Shown: piece after piece, positions 55,744 to 59,486 of the stretch
Layout of the letters: each line of letters opens with the position of its first letter
Position numbering within the stretch: the stretch's first letter is position 1
From: Candidatus Poseidoniaceae archaeon
Lineage (GTDB): Archaea > Thermoplasmatota > Poseidoniia > Poseidoniales > Poseidoniaceae
Assembly: GCA_964218365.1 (NCBI GenBank)
Contig: CAXPMI010000002.1
Coordinates: forward strand, 1-59,486
Direction: 5' to 3'
DNA length: 59,486 nucleotides
Program-made: the position numbers and the translations under genes
Notes under the pieces: model-generated
Told to the model about the DNA's origin: nothing
Database searches by the model: none
The model's input: only the letters and a program-made list of their open reading frames with translations

Positions 55744-56907
55744 ATGGCAGAACTACCTAAGACATGGGAAGACTGGGTCGCCAACTTTGGCGAATGGCAA
55801 GACAGAGTTGGTTTCGACAGAGAATGGTTGGGCGATTTCGACCTTTCAATTCTATTTGATTGGGACCGTGCTGGCGAAGTAATCGAGTTTGGAGATTACG
55901 CTGGCAGAGCAAAGTGGGAGAGAGCCCTACAAGTTCCTCACCAGAACATCCGTGATTCATTGGTTGCAATGATCACTGTTCAGGGTGACACTGAATTCGC
56001 ATCCGTGGAGCAGCAACGCCACCTACTTGCAACCGCTCCAACAGACTACGACCGCTACGCAGCAGCTCGCATCATGGCTGAAGAGCAGAGACACGGTTGG
56101 CAAATGGCTTACTTACTCATGACCTACTTCGGACAGCAGGGACGAAGAGAAGCCCAAAAGTTACTTGAGCGCAATGCACAAGATGGCGACAGATTGCTAG
56201 GGGCATTCAACAGACCAATGCCACACTGGCTTGATTTCTTCAACTACACAATGTTCGTGGACAGAGATGGAAAGTTCCAACTTGGTATGCTATCCACATC
56301 TGCTTTCAAGCCGCTAGCAGCTTCAATGGGACCAATGCTCAAGGAGGAATCATTCCACTTGGGAACAGGATCAAATGGACTGCGCAGAATCATCAAGGCA
56401 GGGGTAATCCCACTTGATATGCTACAGCGCTACATGAACAAGTGGGTCGCAACCGCTCACGACTTATTCGGTACCGATTCATCAACATCGGCTCACTGGG
56501 CATACGTCTGGGGAGTTAAGGGACGCTGGGACGAGCGCAAGAAACTCGAAGGTGACATCGAAGTTGACAAGGAAGTTCTGAATGAGGAAAGCCGTGGCCA
56601 CTACCACGATGAAATCGTCAGAGAAGTTGAGAAGTTGAACGGTTACCTACCAGAAGGTTGTGGAGTTACACTGTATGTCCCTCACGAGAACTTCAACAGA
56701 GAAATCGGAAACTTCGGTGGAAAGAACTGCTACACAAACGGTGACTTATTCGAGGGTACTGATGAAGAGTACGCTGAATACTTGAGAACTGTTCTACCTA
56801 CCGCTGAAGATGAAGAGTCTTTGAAGGAACTATTCAAGCAACAATGGATCGAGGACAAGCCATTGACTCCTCGCCAAGTTGCTAGTGGAATCGGCGCTAC
56901 TGCTTGA
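55744..56907 (+). CDS. boxB: BoxB-like di-iron aromatic-CoA epoxidase (PaaA/BoxB family)
   Basis: QGDTEFASVEQQRHL, EEQRH, FVDRDGKFQL and EESFH di-iron motifs; N-terminus shorter than proteobacterial BoxB. Confidence 0.8.
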   Translation: MAELPKTWEDWVANFGEWQDRVGFDREWLGDFDLSILFDWDRAGEVIEFGDYAGRAKWERALQVPHQNIRDSLVAMITVQGDTEFASVEQQRHLLATAPTDYDRYAAARIMAEEQRHGWQMAYLLMTYFGQQGRREAQKLLERNAQDGDRLLGAFNRPMPHWLDFFNYTMFVDRDGKFQLGMLSTSAFKPLAASMGPMLKEESFHLGTGSNGLRRIIKAGVIPLDMLQRYMNKWVATAHDLFGTDSSTSAHWAYVWGVKGRWDERKKLEGDIEVDKEVLNEESRGHYHDEIVREVEKLNGYLPEGCGVTLYVPHENFNREIGNFGGKNCYTNGDLFEGTDEEYAEYLRTVLPTAEDEESLKELFKQQWIEDKPLTPRQVASGIGATA

Positions 56908-56916
56908 GGTGAGAAT

Positions 56917-57453
56917 TTGATCCCCGTCTCGCTCTACGGAGCCGACGAAGCGGAATTAGAACGCTTCTATTCGGTACTACCTGAATTAGTCAGTGATGCT
57001 TACGAAGACCGTCCGTATCAGGAAACTCTGTTTGCAATTACAGGTGATGATGTAATCGAACACATCGAATTGGCAGACTCTTGGGCAAATAACACACCTT
57101 TTGCCTGGCCGGAAGATGTAGTAATGGAAGTCAACATGGCAATTCAAACAATCAAGTACCCTGATGTGGGGTTGCTTGAGCACTTGTTAACCTTGGAAAA
57201 CATCGACTGCAAGAGAGTCTCAACTTGGATGCACTTTGAAACCAACGTATATCCAATCTACTCTAAGGAGGCATGCGATGGCCTAGAAAAACTAGGTCTG
57301 CCTACACCATATCTTCCTAACGATATCGCATCATATGGATTGTACGTTCAAAGACTTGAAGGACTGAAAATCCACGCCCCAGCCGAAGGAATGCCAGAAA
57401 TCGGGCTACCTAGAGCCCGCATTCTGCAACTCGGCTTGGAGCGATTTGGATGA
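56917..57453 (+). CDS. Hypothetical protein in the boxB operon
   Basis: GAGGTGA SD before TTG; stop overlaps the next gene (ATGA). Confidence 0.7.
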   Translation: MIPVSLYGADEAELERFYSVLPELVSDAYEDRPYQETLFAITGDDVIEHIELADSWANNTPFAWPEDVVMEVNMAIQTIKYPDVGLLEHLLTLENIDCKRVSTWMHFETNVYPIYSKEACDGLEKLGLPTPYLPNDIASYGLYVQRLEGLKIHAPAEGMPEIGLPRARILQLGLERFG

Positions 57454-58352
57454 AAAATGTATCAACCCATCTGAAGCTGCTCATTGTTGCAATAATTTGG
57501 GGCCTTGGTTGGGTTGCAGGAAGAGTTGTAGCCCTTGAGATACCGCCATTTACTGCCGGATGGGTTAGATACATCATAGCAGTGGCGTGTTTTTTAGTAT
57601 TCTTGAGATTATCAAAACAATGGATTCTACCCTCAAAAGATCAGTGGAAGATAATCACAGGAATCGGGTTCCTATCCACCTTCCTCTATCAGGCATTTTT
57701 CATGTACGGAATGAAATGGACTGCTGCTGGTGATGCGTCACTCATGATAACCTTCAATCCGGTGTTTACTGCAATTCTAGCAGTACCGTTTCTTGGAGAA
57801 AAATTCGACATTAGACTCGGTGCAGGATTGCTATCAGCGGTTTGCGGTGTTGTTGTAATCGCTTGGTATTCACCGAATGTAGACCTGCCAGTAAATGAGA
57901 GACTTCTTGGAGATGCTTTGATTGGAATGGCTGCTTTATCTTGGGCTTGTACAACGATTTTGATGAAGAAAGCAATGACTGGAGGTAACCCTATGTCTCC
58001 ACTTCACATAACTGTATGGTCAAGCGTTGTTGGACTTCTAATTCAAACACCTGCCGTAATTTGGGAATACTCTCAAGTCGGATTTCCCACCGATGCTTCA
58101 CTCGAAGGGTGGGCATGGCTAGCCTTCCTTGCTATCTTCTCAACCGTCTTGAGTTACGTTTGGTTTGCTGACGGAATTCGAATAATCGGAGCAGGAAGGT
58201 CTGCAATGTACGTTTACCTCGTGCCCATTTTTGGAATACTAAGTGGATGGCTATTGCTCGATGAAAAATTGGGACTTTCACTGATTGCATCCTTCATTCT
58301 AATTGTAGGGGGCGTTTACCTTGCCCAATCTAAGCAACCGTCATCAACCTAA
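57450..58352 (+). CDS. EamA/DMT-family transporter
   Basis: About 10 TM helices in two repeats; IIWG, AVPFLGEK, YLVPIFG..LLLDEK. Confidence 0.9.
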   Translation: MKNVSTHLKLLIVAIIWGLGWVAGRVVALEIPPFTAGWVRYIIAVACFLVFLRLSKQWILPSKDQWKIITGIGFLSTFLYQAFFMYGMKWTAAGDASLMITFNPVFTAILAVPFLGEKFDIRLGAGLLSAVCGVVVIAWYSPNVDLPVNERLLGDALIGMAALSWACTTILMKKAMTGGNPMSPLHITVWSSVVGLLIQTPAVIWEYSQVGFPTDASLEGWAWLAFLAIFSTVLSYVWFADGIRIIGAGRSAMYVYLVPIFGILSGWLLLDEKLGLSLIASFILIVGGVYLAQSKQPSST

Positions 58353-58370
58353 TTCCCTTGGACTAGAAAC

Positions 58371-59255
58371 ATGGGAATCAATACTGTAGCCGTCATTGGA
58401 GCAGGAACAATGGGTGCAGGAATTGCACAGGTTTGTGCACAGGCGGGTTGGCATACCAAACTGTATGACGCATTTCCCGAAGGACTAGAGCGTGGAATGA
58501 ATACCATAGATGCGTTTTGGGACAAAGGCATCGCTAGAGGCAAAACAACTGCTGAACAAAAGGCAACTTGGGCAACAAATCTTCACGCTGTATCCGACAT
58601 GCAAGAAGCGGTAAAAGATGCAGACCTAGTAATCGAAGCGGTTCCGGAAATCCCCGATTTAAAGCACAAGATCTTCTCGGAACTTGGGACAATGGCCAAG
58701 GAAGATTGCATCTTAGGCACCAACACTTCCTCTCTATCAATCGCCGACATTGCTGCCGCATCGGGTAGACCTGACAAAGTAATTGGAATGCATTTCTTCA
58801 ATCCAGTTCCAATTATGAAACTGCTAGAATTGATCAAGCATGATTCATGTTCTGAATCCACTATTGAGGCTGCAACTGCTGCCGGTGAAGCCATGGGTAA
58901 AACCACGATTCTAGTCAAAGACGTCCCAGGATTTGCAACATCTAGACTTGGCGTAGTTCTCGGCAATGAAGCGATTCGCATGCTTGCAGATGGAGTAGCT
59001 AGTGCCAAAGACATCGATACTGCGATGGTCTTGGGATATAAGCATCCGATGGGACCACTCGCCCTTACTGACCTTGTCGGCCTAGATGTACGCAGGGACA
59101 TTCTACTGAATCTGAAGAAATCATTCAACGATGATGCTTACACACCCCATCCACTCCTTGAGAAGTTGATTGCAGAAGGACGCTTAGGCAAGAAATCCGG
59201 TAAGGGAATCTATGACTGGTCAACGGGTTCTGCTGAAGAAACCGAACTTCCCTAA
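58371..59255 (+). CDS. 3-hydroxyacyl-CoA dehydrogenase (PaaH/Hbd type)
   Basis: VIGAGTMGAGIA, IEAVPE, TNTSSL, GMHFFNPV, HPMGPL..DLVGLD, GRLGKKSGKG. Confidence 0.92.
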   Translation: MGINTVAVIGAGTMGAGIAQVCAQAGWHTKLYDAFPEGLERGMNTIDAFWDKGIARGKTTAEQKATWATNLHAVSDMQEAVKDADLVIEAVPEIPDLKHKIFSELGTMAKEDCILGTNTSSLSIADIAAASGRPDKVIGMHFFNPVPIMKLLELIKHDSCSESTIEAATAAGEAMGKTTILVKDVPGFATSRLGVVLGNEAIRMLADGVASAKDIDTAMVLGYKHPMGPLALTDLVGLDVRRDILLNLKKSFNDDAYTPHPLLEKLIAEGRLGKKSGKGIYDWSTGSAEETELP

Positions 59256-59363
59256 TCTCTGTAATCCTCTACATCCTTGTGGAATTCTCAGATATCATTC
59301 GAATCCTATATTCCAATGCTAAATTGCAATATGATTATTTGTCTGGAACAAAGCAGTACTAGC

Positions 59364-59486
59364 ATGTCACTCCGCACTGGCTTATTGTCGTTGATTCTTT
59401 TGATGTCTTCTTTGCAAGGATGTTTGTCCGACGATGAGGACTCATCAAGTAGTTCAAGCTCGAATTGTGACGATGATGCTCTAGAT
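59364..59486 (+). CDS. N-terminus of a lipoprotein (truncated by window edge)
   Basis: MSLRTGLLSLILLMSSLQGCLSDDED...: lipobox-like LQGC; frame open to the end of the window. Confidence 0.6.
   Translation, partial: MSLRTGLLSLILLMSSLQGCLSDDEDSSSSSSSNCDDDALD

Noticed and set aside
1-59486. rRNA, tRNA, transposase, integrase or prophage genes
   Set aside because: None recognisable by eye in the ORFs or intergenic gaps

Overview
This 59.5-kb window is archaeal chromosomal DNA, most likely Marine Group II Euryarchaeota (Poseidoniales). The archaeal call rests on Orc1/Cdc6, a TBP-fold protein, SelB-like protein, the CoaD-DUF359 fusion and an HTH_10 regulator. The MGII call is inferred from a DUF3860-like protein and typical acidic surface proteins. 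Left (1-13.7 kb): accessory surface and lipoprotein genes, including an esterase, FkbM methyltransferase, 8x fasciclin protein, M28 peptidase and TSP3-repeat protein. Centre (13.8-24 kb), the standout: a tightly coupled operon of fabI, a 2896-aa type I FAS/PKS (KS-AT-degenerate ACP-KS-ACPx3-KR-DH) and an Sfp-type PPTase. This is a carrier-protein-dependent acyl-chain assembly line in an archaeon. All three ACPs have Thr instead of the canonical Ser, both KS domains keep a Cys-His-His triad, and a 21-bp palindrome covers the first start codon. Right: housekeeping genes, a likely cdc6-linked replication origin, an unannotated ~240-nt K-turn-containing RNA candidate, a 26-aa zinc-finger microprotein, and a BoxB/BoxC-like aromatic-CoA epoxidation set with a tandem palindromic operator. 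All calls come from reading motifs by eye; no database searches were run.
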